A stretch of 64,000 bases of DNA from NCBI GenBank assembly GCA_012729555.1, contig JAAYCX010000020.1, positions 14,908 to 78,907 on the forward strand, read 5' to 3'. Below, piece after piece: positions 55,640 to 64,000 of this stretch. A model generated the notes under the pieces. The model had not been told where the DNA came from. It did no database searches and saw only the letters and a list, made by a program, of their open reading frames with translations. Every line of letters starts with the position of its first letter. Position 1 is the stretch's first letter. Source of the DNA: Acidobacteriota bacterium. GTDB taxonomy: Bacteria > Acidobacteriota > UBA6911. Position numbers and translations under genes: made by a program.

Positions 55640-56766
55640 TGGAGGGCGCCGAAGAAAACGATCTTTTCGCCGGCCAGGAGGGCGTCGCGCTCCTTCTCCC
55701 ACTCGAAGTCGCGCGTCCCCTCCGGCAGGGGGCGGACGCGGACGGCGATGATCGAAAAAGAGCTCCGGCCGCCGTTATGGTCGTACTCCTCGTTGAAGGC
55801 GTACTCGGGGGCCACGCTCTTTTGACATTCGGCGCCGGCGTTTTTCGGCAGGTCGGGGGGCGAGGGGACGAACTGGGGAACGACCAGGCGCAGCGGGCCG
55901 GTGCCGACGATGCGGCCGCTCGCGGGGTCCAGGTGCGCCGGCTCGATCTTCCGGCCGTTCTCCTCGAAGGCGAGCATGACCTTCATCGAAGGGAGCGCCC
56001 GGCCGGGGTCGAGGCCCGCAGCGTTGTAATTGACCCAGCCGCAGGCGCCCAGCGCTTTCTTGTCGAGCCCCGGCACCGGCCTGGCCTGCGCCCACTCGCG
56101 CCGGAGCTCCTCGAGGGTGAACGTCCCCTCGAACCCGTCGACCGAGATGAAATCGACGCTCTCCGCCCCGGGCGCGAGCCCGATCGCCTCGAGGAGCGCG
56201 TACACGGAGTTGCCCCGGTACTGGTTGTAGAAGTCCCCCTGGCGGTTGTGGGAGGTGTTGAGAAACACGGTGTGGCCGACGACGGGGGAGAGGGCGCGGA
56301 GTTCCCGCCCGGAGTAGACCCGGTGGGGGGCGAGGGCGGCCCCGGGGCGGCTCGAAGCCTCCCCCGGGAGGGTGCCGGCCAGCAGTTCCGCCTCGTTCGA
56401 GACGCCGTCGCCGTCGGCGTCCCCCCCGGCGATCTTCCGCAGGGCGGCGACGCCGCGGCCGGCGGCCAGGTACTCGGCGCCGAACCGGGTGAGGGTGGCC
56501 ACGGCCGGACGGCCCCCCCGGACGTGGACCGCGTGGCAATAGCCGCAGTGGTTCTCGACCCGGCTCCCGGAGCCTTCCTCGACCCGCCCGCTCCGGTGGC
56601 AGGGGGCGCACGAATCGGACGCGCCCCCCTTGAGCTGCGGGTAGGCCGCCAGCACCGCTTCGACGTCGCGGTCGTCCGCATGCCCCTTGTAGGCCGCGTA
56701 GCCCGTAACCAACAACAGCCCGAGTCCCAGTGAAGCGGCCGCCAGCCACCGGTGGTTATGCGCCAT
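55636..56766 (-). CDS. membrane-anchored di-heme c-type cytochrome fused to a sulfite-oxidase-like (Mo-oxidoreductase-type) domain
   Basis: Two CxxCH motifs (CAPCH, CGYCH); C-terminal region has a PLRLVVP-type motif as in Mo-cofactor oxidoreductase domains; start taken at ATG 56766 (MAHNHRWLAAASLGLGLLLV). Confidence 0.55.
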   Translation of the reverse strand: MAHNHRWLAAASLGLGLLLVTGYAAYKGHADDRDVEAVLAAYPQLKGGASDSCAPCHRSGRVEEGSGSRVENHCGYCHAVHVRGGRPAVATLTRFGAEYLAAGRGVAALRKIAGGDADGDGVSNEAELLAGTLPGEASSRPGAALAPHRVYSGRELRALSPVVGHTVFLNTSHNRQGDFYNQYRGNSVYALLEAIGLAPGAESVDFISVDGFEGTFTLEELRREWAQARPVPGLDKKALGACGWVNYNAAGLDPGRALPSMKVMLAFEENGRKIEPAHLDPASGRIVGTGPLRLVVPQFVPSPPDLPKNAGAECQKSVAPEYAFNEEYDHNGGRSSFSIIAVRVRPLPEGTRDFEWEKERDALLAGEKIVFFGALQ

Positions 56767-56942
56767 GGCTCTCCATCCCTGTTCGTTTGAATTTGTCATC
56801 CGGAACGCTCCCTGCTCTTTTTGACGGATATTCACGTCCGCCGGAAGTGTACCACGAAGGGGCGGTTTCCCCTGTGCCCACAAATGGGGTATAATAAGAC
56901 TGGTTGTTAGACTAGTTGATACTTTGCGGGAGGGAAGCGGCC

Positions 56943-57188
56943 GTGAAGACCATAGGGGCTTTTGACGCCAAAACGAACCTCAGCCGGCTGCTGAGGGAGG
57001 TGGAAGTCGACCGGGAGGTGTTTGTCATCGAACGCAACCGGAGGAAGGTGGCTACCCTGGTTCCCTACCGCGAAGGGAACCGGGCGGCATCGGAATCGAT
57101 CGTGGAGCGTTTTCGCCGGCTCCGCGCCCGCGGCGGAAGCGACGCCACCCCGGTCAAAGAGCTCATTTCGGAAGGGAGAAAGCGATGA
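56943..57188 (+). CDS. Phd/YefM-family antitoxin (VapB-like)
   Basis: 81 aa from GTG 56943 (VKTIGAFDAKTNLSRLLREVEVDREVFVIERNRRKVATLVP...), a typical Phd N-terminus; TTG 56916 is an alternative start; 4-nt overlap with vapC. Confidence 0.65.
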   Translation: MKTIGAFDAKTNLSRLLREVEVDREVFVIERNRRKVATLVPYREGNRAASESIVERFRRLRARGGSDATPVKELISEGRKR

Positions 57189-57607
57189 GGGAGGAGACGG
57201 TGGTGGTGGACTGCTCCATCTCCGCTTCGTGGTACCTCAGGGACGAAGCCTCCCCCCGCGCTGAAAACGTTCTGGCGCGCATTGCCGATGGGACCTTTCA
57301 TGCCCTCGTCCCCTCGCTCTGGTGGTACGAAAACGTCAACGTCATCAAATCGGCGCAGCGCCGCGGGAGACTGCGCCCCCGGGATGCCGCCACCGCGCTC
57401 TTTCTCCTCCGGGAGTTGCCGCTGGAAACCTGGGATCCCGACAAGCAGGGGATCGCGGGGCTGCTCCAGTTCACGCTCGCGCATAATCTTTCCGCCTACG
57501 ACGCCGCTTATCTCCACCTGGCCGTTTCCACCGGGGCCACGCTGTTCACCGCGGATTCGGACCTTCTGGCCCTGAGCGATCGGTACCCCTGCATTTCCGG
57601 AAGGTAA
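57185..57607 (+). CDS. vapC: PIN-domain ribonuclease toxin VapC
   Basis: PIN acidic residues (VVVDCS...; ...FTADSDL) and 140-aa length; ATGA overlap with the antitoxin. Confidence 0.8.
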   Translation: MREETVVVDCSISASWYLRDEASPRAENVLARIADGTFHALVPSLWWYENVNVIKSAQRRGRLRPRDAATALFLLRELPLETWDPDKQGIAGLLQFTLAHNLSAYDAAYLHLAVSTGATLFTADSDLLALSDRYPCISGR

Positions 57608-57790
57608 ACCTCTTATTCTCAGTGCCTTACTTCGGTTCGGCGTATTGATGTAGACCCTTTCCGTCTTCATTGCTGACAACCATGCAGGTGATCCGAATCT
57701 CTTCACCCGTTCTTTTGATGAACCCTTTGCTTTCGAGAAAGGAAACCTCCTGCTCGTATTTTTCCCGGCTCCACTGGTTGCTATTCATAT

Positions 57791-58054
57791 ATGAAGCACA
57801 GCCGGAAAACGGATATCGGCGCCGAGTTGCTTCGTCACTTGAGTGAAAAACAGGTGCCCGGCACCGTTTATTCCTATCGGCCCGCCGATTTGCTCTACTA
57901 TGCAGATAGCGGCGGGAGAAAGACGGGCATGAGTGCAAGGTTCGGCGCGGGACTACGCAATTTTCGGGAGACCTACCAAAGGCTGGTGAACAGCTGGATT
58001 TGGATTGATAATGCCGGGGCGGAACCCATCATTATCGAAGCGGGAGACAACTGA
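57791..58054 (+). CDS. hypothetical 87-aa protein (first of overlapping small ORF pair)
   Basis: ATG 57791 in roughly 50% GC DNA; stop TGA overlaps the next ATG (TGATG); no family recognised. Confidence 0.4.
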   Translation: MKHSRKTDIGAELLRHLSEKQVPGTVYSYRPADLLYYADSGGRKTGMSARFGAGLRNFRETYQRLVNSWIWIDNAGAEPIIIEAGDN

Positions 58055-58281
58055 TGGCCAGCAGGATTATCGGTTCGAAGGATCCGGATATCCTTTCCTC
58101 CATAAAAGCGCTGCGTCGGGCGGCACGTCGGGCGCTTCAGATCGGTCTGGAGACAGGTACCCCGGTCTACGTGATGAAGCGGGGCAAAATCGTCGATCTC
58201 ACCCTGAGTTACCGCGGTAAAGCCAAGGGCAAATCCAAAACCGGGGATCGTGCAGCCGTCGTTGCTCGAGCCAAAAAATAG
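58054..58281 (+). CDS. hypothetical 75-aa basic protein (second of overlapping small ORF pair)
   Basis: ATG 58054 with GGGAGA 9 nt upstream; Lys/Arg-rich C-terminus; no family recognised. Confidence 0.4.
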   Translation: MASRIIGSKDPDILSSIKALRRAARRALQIGLETGTPVYVMKRGKIVDLTLSYRGKAKGKSKTGDRAAVVARAKK

Positions 58282-58337
58282 GCGCCCGCCGCTGTTCGAA
58301 CTGCCCCCTGCCCCCCTTGACTACCATATCTTCATGA

Positions 58338-59639
58338 TTACTCTGGTCCATCCCCGTTTATCAGGGAGGCGAGGCCTTCGGGCTCCTCGATGCGGACGGT
58401 GACGAGGCGGTTGGGGGGGAGCGGGTCGGGGACGCGGGCGGCGAGGTAGTTGCCGGTGAGGACGCGGGTGCCGTCCGGGCCCGCCGCGAGGGTGACGGCC
58501 GGCAGGGTGCGCCCCGTGAAGCGGCGGCGGAAGGCCGCGCTCTTGGCGCGGCCGATGGCGAGCACGCGCTCGAGCCGGCGGGCGAGCGCGCGCGGCGGGA
58601 CCCGGCCGGGGAGCGCGAACGCCTCCGTCCCCTCCCGGGGGGAGAAGGGGAAGACGTGCAGGTAGGCCAGGGGCAGCTCTTCGAGCAGCGCGCAGCCGGC
58701 GGCGAAATCGTCCTCCGTTTCCCCGGGGAAGCCGACGATGACGTCGGTGCCGACGGCGGCGTCGGGGAGCGAGCGCACGATCTCCCCGACGAGCTCCCGG
58801 TACCGGGCCGCGCCGTAGGGGCGGTGCATGAGGCGGAGGATCCGGTCGCACCCGCTCTGGAGCGGAATGTGAAAGTGGTGCGCGATGACGGGGCTCGACG
58901 CGGCGAGCCGGAGGATGCCGGGATCGAAGTCCATCGGTTCGATGCTGCTGAGGCGCACGCGGCCGATGCCGGGGATCCGGACGACCCGTTCGAGCAGCTC
59001 CGCGAGGCCCGGGTGACCCTCCTGCTTGCGGCCGTAGGCGCCCAGGTGCACCCCGGTGAGCACGATCTCACGGAACCCCGCCGCCGTGAGCGCACTGATT
59101 TCGGCCAGCACCGCTTCGGGGGGCGCGCTGCGGCCGGGGCCGCGCACCTTGGGGACGATGCAGTAGGCGCACCCGGAGTCGCACCCGTCCTGGATCTTCA
59201 CCAGGGGGCGGGTCTTCCCCCCGGTCCGCCCCATCGGGGGGAGGGGGCAGTCCGCGGCCGCGTCGACGGGGGACCACGAGACGCGGGCCGGCCCGGAGGC
59301 CGCGGTTTCCTTCAGCAGTTCGGGAAGGCGCGCGCGTTCGGCGTTTCCCACCACGAGGCGGACGCCGGGGAGGGCGGCGACCCCTTCGGGGTCGCGCTGG
59401 GCGTAGCAGCCCAGGACGACGATGCGGGCCCCGGGGTTGCCGCGGTGCAGGCGGCGCACGACCTGGCGCACCTCGCGGTCGGAGCGGTGGGTGACGGTGC
59501 AGCTGTTGACCACGATCAGGTCGGCGGCGCGCCAGTCGCCGCTTTCGTCCATGGGGAGCGCGGCGAGGGTCGCCCGGATGCCGGCGCTGTCGGCCTGGTT
59601 GGCGCGGCAGCCGAAGGTCCGGATGTGAAAGCTAGGCAT
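58338..59639 (-). CDS. MiaB/RimO-family radical SAM methylthiotransferase (MtaB-like)
   Basis: MTTase N-domain (IRTFGCRANQADS), radical SAM CDSGCAYC, and a TRAM-like C-terminus. Confidence 0.8.
   Translation of the reverse strand: MPSFHIRTFGCRANQADSAGIRATLAALPMDESGDWRAADLIVVNSCTVTHRSDREVRQVVRRLHRGNPGARIVVLGCYAQRDPEGVAALPGVRLVVGNAERARLPELLKETAASGPARVSWSPVDAAADCPLPPMGRTGGKTRPLVKIQDGCDSGCAYCIVPKVRGPGRSAPPEAVLAEISALTAAGFREIVLTGVHLGAYGRKQEGHPGLAELLERVVRIPGIGRVRLSSIEPMDFDPGILRLAASSPVIAHHFHIPLQSGCDRILRLMHRPYGAARYRELVGEIVRSLPDAAVGTDVIVGFPGETEDDFAAGCALLEELPLAYLHVFPFSPREGTEAFALPGRVPPRALARRLERVLAIGRAKSAAFRRRFTGRTLPAVTLAAGPDGTRVLTGNYLAARVPDPLPPNRLVTVRIEEPEGLASLINGDGPE
58343..58361. repeat. diverged copy C of the island repeat core (CTGGTCCATCCCCGTTTAT) inside the mtaB-like 3' end
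   Basis: Matches CTGGTCC.TCCCCGTTT.AT of copies A and B; here it encodes the C-terminal residues INGDGPE of the methylthiotransferase. Confidence 0.45.
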
Positions 59640-60138
59640 CCATCGCTTTCCTCAGGGCCAGGTCCTTCTCCTCGACCCGGTCCGCCAGCTTTTTCTTGTA
59701 GGCGCGGAGCCGCCCGGCCAGTTCCTCGTCGCCGCGCGCCAGGATCTGGGCGGCGAGCACCGCGGCGTTGGCCGCCCCCATCTTCCCGATCCCCATGGTC
59801 GCCACCGGGATCCCCGCCGGCATCATCGAGGTGGAGAGGAGCGCGTCCAGCCCCAGCAGCGGGGAGCTGTCGATCGGGACGCCGATGACGGGGAGGATCG
59901 TCTCCGCCGCGATGACGCCCGCCAGGTGCGCCGCCGCCCCCGCGCAGGCGATCACGACCTGGACCCCCCGCTCTTCGAGCCCCGCGGCGTAGCGGTGGGT
60001 GCGCGCCGGGGAGCGGTGGGCGCTCGAGATGGTCACCTCGTGCGGGATGCCCAGCTCCTTCAGGATCTTCTGCATCTCCCCGACGACGGGAAGATCGGAA
60101 TCGCTCCCCAGCACCACGGATACTTTCGGTTCAGTCAC
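59632..60138 (-). CDS. purE: 5-(carboxyamino)imidazole ribonucleotide mutase
   Basis: PurE motifs (VSVVLGSDSD, SAHRSP, AGAAAHLAG); GTG start at 60138 after GGGAGGAG. Confidence 0.9.
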   Translation of the reverse strand: MTEPKVSVVLGSDSDLPVVGEMQKILKELGIPHEVTISSAHRSPARTHRYAAGLEERGVQVVIACAGAAAHLAGVIAAETILPVIGVPIDSSPLLGLDALLSTSMMPAGIPVATMGIGKMGAANAAVLAAQILARGDEELAGRLRAYKKKLADRVEEKDLALRKAMDA

Positions 60139-60169
60139 GGCAATCTCCTCCCTGAAGGCGCGCGGCGGG

Positions 60170-61453
60170 TCAGGCGCCCTGTTTCAGCCCCTTCGCCCCG
60201 ATGTCGCGGCGGCACTGCATCCCCTCGAAATGGATCTTGTTGACCCCCTCGTAGGCCAGCATGATGGCCCCGGCCAGGTCGCGGTCGAGGGCCGTGACCC
60301 CCAGCACCCGGCCGCCGTCGGTGACGATCTCTTCCCCCTCGAGCCGCGTCCCGGCGTGAAAGACGGACACCCGGGGGTCTTCGGCCGCCATCTCGAGCCC
60401 CGTGATCCGCTTCCCCTTGACGTAGGGCCCGGGATACCCGCCGGAAGCGAGCACCACGCAGACGGCGGCGTCGGGGCTCCACTCGGCCTGGTAGTCCGCC
60501 AGCCGCCCGTCGCAGACGGCGCCGCACAGCTCGGCGAAATCGCTCCGGAGCCGGGGGAGGATCACCTGGCACTCGGGGTCCCCCATCCGGACGTTGAATT
60601 CCAGCACCCTGGGCCCCCGCTCGGTCAGCATCAGCCCGGCGTAGAGGATCCCCTTGAAGGGATACCCCTCGGCCCGCATCCCGTCGATCACGGGCCGGAT
60701 GACTTTCCTGAGCACCTCCCGCTCGAGGGCGGGGCCGAGGATGTCGTCGCACGAGTAGGTCCCCATCCCCCCCGTGTTGGGCCCCCGGTCGCCGTCGAAC
60801 ACGGCCTTGTGGTCGCGCGCGGCCGCGGCCGGGAGGACGGTCCGGCCGTCGGTGAAGACGATGTAGGAGGCCTCGATCCCCTGGAGGCACTCCTCGACGA
60901 TGATCCAGTTGCCGGCGGAGCCGAATTCCCGCTCCACCATGATCCGCCGCACGGCGTCGCACGCCTCGTCGGCGTCCCGGGCGACCACCACCCCCTTCCC
61001 CGCGGCCAGGCCGTCGGCCTTCACCACGATGGGGTATTCGGCCTCCGGCGAGCGCAGGTAGGCCTCGGCGATCTGCGGGTCCTGGTAGGTGGTGTAGCGC
61101 GCGGTCGGGATCCCGTGGCGCGCCATGAAGTCCTTGGAGAAGACCTTGCTCGATTCGAGCTGCGCCGCCTCGCGCGTCGGCCCCAGCACCCGGATCCCCT
61201 CGGCCTCCAGCCGGTTCACCAGCCCCGCGGCCAGCGGCCCCTCGGGCCCCACGATCACCAGGTCGATCCTCTCCCGCCGCGCCAGGTCGACGATCCCGCC
61301 GGCGTCGGCGGCCTCGACCGGCACGCAGCGCGCGTCGCGGGAGATGCCGCCGTTGCCCGGCGCGCACAGGACCGACTCCACCTTCGGGCTCTGGCGCAGT
61401 TTCCAGACCAGCACATGCTCTCTTCCCCCGGACCCGATGACCAGTACTCTCAT
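60170..61453 (-). CDS. purD: phosphoribosylamine--glycine ligase
   Basis: Typical PurD N-terminus MRVLVIGSGGREH and ATP-grasp motifs; ATG at 61453; the ORF-track extension to 62410 is rejected. Confidence 0.9.
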   Translation of the reverse strand: MRVLVIGSGGREHVLVWKLRQSPKVESVLCAPGNGGISRDARCVPVEAADAGGIVDLARRERIDLVIVGPEGPLAAGLVNRLEAEGIRVLGPTREAAQLESSKVFSKDFMARHGIPTARYTTYQDPQIAEAYLRSPEAEYPIVVKADGLAAGKGVVVARDADEACDAVRRIMVEREFGSAGNWIIVEECLQGIEASYIVFTDGRTVLPAAAARDHKAVFDGDRGPNTGGMGTYSCDDILGPALEREVLRKVIRPVIDGMRAEGYPFKGILYAGLMLTERGPRVLEFNVRMGDPECQVILPRLRSDFAELCGAVCDGRLADYQAEWSPDAAVCVVLASGGYPGPYVKGKRITGLEMAAEDPRVSVFHAGTRLEGEEIVTDGGRVLGVTALDRDLAGAIMLAYEGVNKIHFEGMQCRRDIGAKGLKQGA

Positions 61454-61482
61454 ATCGCCTCGCACACTTCGGTTGTGCTGCT

Positions 61483-62361
61483 TCAGTAACCTTCCAGGTC
61501 GAGCGACCGGAGCCACGCGCCGAACGCCGGCCCCAGCTCCCCGTGGCGCAGCGCCAGCTCGACCGTCGCCTGGAGAAACCCCAGCTTGTCCCCCGCGTCC
61601 AGCCGCCGGCCGCGGAAGCGGCAGGCCAGCACCCGTTCGCGGCCGAGCAGGCGGCGCAGGCCGTCGGTCAGCTGGATCTCCCCCCCGCTCCCCCGGCCGG
61701 TCTCCTCCAGGGCGGGGAAGATGGACGGGGGGAGGATGTACCTGCCGATGATGGCCAGCCGGGAGGGAGCCTCCCCGGGCCCCGGCTTCTCCACCATGTC
61801 CTCGACTTCGAACACCCCCTCTTCCCCGAGCGGGCGCGCCCTGACGATGCCGTAGCGGCCGGTCTCCTCCTCGGGCACCTCCATCACCGCCACGACCGCG
61901 GCCCCGTGCCGCTCGTGGATGTCCATCAGCTGGCGGGTGCAGGGAACGTCCGCGACGATGACGTCGTCCCCGAGGAGCACGGCGAACGGCTCCCCCGCCA
62001 CCAGGTCCCGGGCGGTCAGGACGGCGTGACCGAGCCCGAGCGCCTCGCCCTGCCGGATGTAGGCGATCCGGGCCAGGTCGGAAACCGCCCGCACGGCCCG
62101 GAGCAGCTCCGGCTTCCCCCGCTCCTCGAGCGTCTTCTCCAGCTCGTAGGACACGTCGAAATGGTCCTCGATGGCCCCCTTCCCCCGGCTCGTGACGATC
62201 ACCAGGCCCTCGAGCCCCGAGGCGACCGCCTCCTCCACCGCGTACTGCAGGATCGGCTTGTCCACCAGCGGCAGCATCTCCTTCGCCTGCGCCTTGGTGG
62301 CCGGGAGGAACCGGGTCCCCAGTCCCGCCGCCGGAAAAACCGCCCGCCTGATTCTGGCCAT
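61483..62361 (-). CDS. galU: UTP--glucose-1-phosphate uridylyltransferase
   Basis: GalU N-terminal signature region (AVFPAAGLGTRFLPATK) and VEKP motif. Confidence 0.85.
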   Translation of the reverse strand: MARIRRAVFPAAGLGTRFLPATKAQAKEMLPLVDKPILQYAVEEAVASGLEGLVIVTSRGKGAIEDHFDVSYELEKTLEERGKPELLRAVRAVSDLARIAYIRQGEALGLGHAVLTARDLVAGEPFAVLLGDDVIVADVPCTRQLMDIHERHGAAVVAVMEVPEEETGRYGIVRARPLGEEGVFEVEDMVEKPGPGEAPSRLAIIGRYILPPSIFPALEETGRGSGGEIQLTDGLRRLLGRERVLACRFRGRRLDAGDKLGFLQATVELALRHGELGPAFGAWLRSLDLEGY

Positions 62362-62467
62362 CGTGGTTTCCCCCCTGTGGTTTCCGGAAAAATGATTGAA
62401 ACAATGGCATCTGTCAAAGTCAATGGTAGAATGCGCATGGACATCAACCGATCACAGGGAAACGGCC

Positions 62468-63742
62468 ATGCTGGACAAGAACTTCGTGCGGGAAAACCTG
62501 GATTTCGTGAGGGAGCGGCTGGCCGCCCGCGGGGGCGCCTACCCGCTCGAGGAGCTCGTGGCCGCCGACGCCGGGTGGAAGGAAGTCCAGGGGCGGATCG
62601 AGGAGCTCCGGAGGAGGCGCAACGAGGCTTCGGAGGCGATAGGAAAGGTGAAGCGGGCGGGGGGGGACACCGCCGCCGAGCAGGCCCGGGTGAAGGAGAT
62701 CTCCTCGGAGATCAAGACGCTCGAGGAGGAGGCCCGCGCCGCCGAGGAGCGCCTCCTCGGCTGTCTGCACACCATCCCCAACCTGCCGCACCCCTCGGTC
62801 CCGGTCGGGCGCGACGAAAGCGCCAACGTGGAGGTGCGCCGCTGGGGAAAGGCCCCGGAGTTCGACTTCGAGCCCCTGGACCACGTCGACCTGGGCGCCT
62901 CGCTCGGGATCCTCGACATGGACCGCGCGGCGAAGATCACCGGCGCGCGCTTTTCGCTCCTTCGCGGCGCGGGGGCCCTGCTCGAGCGGGCGCTGATCCA
63001 GTTCATGCTCGACCTGCACACCCGGGAGCACGGGTACGAGGAGGTCCTCCCCCCCCTGATGGCCAACTCCGCCAGCCTGTTCGGCACGGGCAACCTCCCC
63101 AAGTTCGCCCAGGACCTCTTCCACGTGGAGGGGACCGACTACTACCTGATCCCGACGGCCGAGGTGCCGGTGACCAACATCTTCCGGGACGAGACGCTGG
63201 AGGCCGCGGAGCTGCCGCGGAAATTCGTCGCCTACACCCCCTGCTTCCGGAGCGAGGCCGGCTCCTACGGCAAGGATGTCCGGGGCCTGATCCGGCAGCA
63301 CCAGTTCAACAAGGTGGAGCTGGTGAAATTCGCCGACCCGGAAAGATCGTACGACGAGCTGGAGGCCCTGACGAGGGACGCGGCCGAGGTGCTGGAGCGC
63401 CTGGGGCTCCACCACAGGGTGGTGGCGCTCTCGACGGGGGACATGGGGTTTTCGAGCGCCAAGACCTACGACATCGAGGTGTGGCTGCCGAGCCAGGGGC
63501 GTTTCCGGGAGATCTCCTCCTGCAGCAACTTCGAGGCTTTCCAGGCGCGGCGCGCCAACATCCGCTTTCGCTCCGGGAGCGGCAGGAAACAGCACGTGCA
63601 CACCCTGAACGGTTCGGGCCTCGCCATAGGCCGGACCTGGCTGGCGGTTCTGGAGAACTGCCAGGAGCGGGACGGCTCGGTCCGGGTCCCGGAGGCGCTG
63701 CGCCCCTACATGCGGGGGATGGACGTCCTCAGGCCGAGGTAG
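62468..63742 (+). CDS. serS: serine--tRNA ligase
   Basis: N-terminal coiled-coil arm and class II motifs ([41 protein letters not shown]). Confidence 0.9.
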   Translation: MLDKNFVRENLDFVRERLAARGGAYPLEELVAADAGWKEVQGRIEELRRRRNEASEAIGKVKRAGGDTAAEQARVKEISSEIKTLEEEARAAEERLLGCLHTIPNLPHPSVPVGRDESANVEVRRWGKAPEFDFEPLDHVDLGASLGILDMDRAAKITGARFSLLRGAGALLERALIQFMLDLHTREHGYEEVLPPLMANSASLFGTGNLPKFAQDLFHVEGTDYYLIPTAEVPVTNIFRDETLEAAELPRKFVAYTPCFRSEAGSYGKDVRGLIRQHQFNKVELVKFADPERSYDELEALTRDAAEVLERLGLHHRVVALSTGDMGFSSAKTYDIEVWLPSQGRFREISSCSNFEAFQARRANIRFRSGSGRKQHVHTLNGSGLAIGRTWLAVLENCQERDGSVRVPEALRPYMRGMDVLRPR

Positions 63743-64000
63743 CTACTCCCCTTCCGTCGGGATCGGCAAGGGGCGCTCGAGCAGGATGTCGAGGGTGGAC
63801 CCGCGGTGGATCTCCAGGTCCCGCCCCTCGGAGCTGAATACGGACCCCCGGTCCCCCACCCTGGGCGCGTCGCCGGCCGCGCCGGAGGGAGGGGCGCCCT
63901 CTTTCCCCCGCCCGGAGGAGCTCTCCGGGCTCCCCTCGGCGTCGATCCGGACCAGGAGGGCGGCGATCTCCCGCTCCCCGCGGCCGGGGATGCTGATCGA
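63743..64000 (-). CDS. 3' end of an unidentified minus-strand gene running off the window edge
   Basis: Reverse-strand frame open from the edge to TAG at 63743 (...GSVFSSEGRDLEIHRGSTLDILLERPLPIPTEGE*), preceded by a Gly/Ser/Pro/Ala-rich linker; no M in window, so absent from the ORF track. Confidence 0.3.
   Translation of the reverse strand, partial: SISIPGRGEREIAALLVRIDAEGSPESSSGRGKEGAPPSGAAGDAPRVGDRGSVFSSEGRDLEIHRGSTLDILLERPLPIPTEGE

Noticed and set aside
61454-62410. Upstream extension of the purD ORF (60170..62410), overlapping galU on the same strand in another frame
   Set aside because: PurD begins with the canonical MRVLVIGSGGREH at ATG 61453. The extension overlaps the well-supported galU frame and is compositionally artefactual.
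1-64000. tRNA, rRNA, tmRNA, CRISPR arrays, integrases or transposases
   Set aside because: No T-loop-like GGTTCGAATCC-type motifs, no regular repeat-spacer periodicity, and no recombinase-like ORFs were found by eye. tmRNA was looked for next to smpB (30.64-30.72 kb) but only a short promoter-like leader is present. A covariance-model scan would be needed to be definitive.

Overview
This 64 kb window comes from a high-GC (about 70%) bacterial chromosome with dense, mostly housekeeping coding on both strands. The high GC produces many long spurious antisense ORFs in the six-frame track; all of them are rejected here. No rRNA, tRNA, CRISPR array, integrase or transposase could be recognised by eye.

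The housekeeping backbone includes:
- a Firmicute-like block: radA (3' part), a YacL-like PIN/TRAM gene, fused ispDF, gltX and a TrmH-family rRNA methyltransferase gene;
- an ABC-2 transporter pair plus a membrane protein, then aqpZ;
- a tandem pair of PAS-GAF-GGDEF signalling paralogs, one with an intact GGEEF site and one degenerate (SGHAF);
- a system-I cytochrome c maturation cluster, ccmE, ccmF, two inserted genes, then ccmABCD. The CcmE has Cys in place of the usual heme-binding His (CxxxY type). A 46-codon ccmD is missing from the ORF track. No ccmG or ccmH is present;
- a long aldehyde:ferredoxin oxidoreductase (AOR-family) gene, pepP, a LOG-family gene, trpS, a GWxTD-domain protein gene, rmlD, smpB, pepA, pdxA, an Hfq-like Sm gene, holB, tmk, yggS and a DUF167 gene;
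- a PP2C phosphatase, coiled-coil and zinc-ribbon/PEGA/TPR cluster;
- dihydropyrimidinase, purB, an MBL hydrolase, an M16 peptidase, rlmN, pgeF, acpS, a U32 peptidase, an MtaB-like methylthiotransferase, purE, purD, galU and serS.

Two lower-GC accessory insertions stand out:
1. About 2 kb at 24.9-26.9 kb carries exactly two translationally coupled genes: a cytosolic ABC-type AAA_21 ATPase and an uncharacterised 219-aa partner. This is the architecture of OLD/AbiL/PARIS-type defence modules, and it is the best candidate in the window for an undescribed system.
2. A mosaic island at about 52.8-58.3 kb carries a PhnB/VOC-like gene, hipBA, a di-heme c-type cytochrome fused to a Mo-oxidoreductase-like domain, phd/vapC and a tiny overlapping ORF pair. 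A 28-nt direct repeat recurs at its module boundaries and at the 3' end of the flanking mtaB-like gene.

All coordinates were checked against the printed sequence. Domain calls rest on motifs read from the translations and could not be confirmed by database search.
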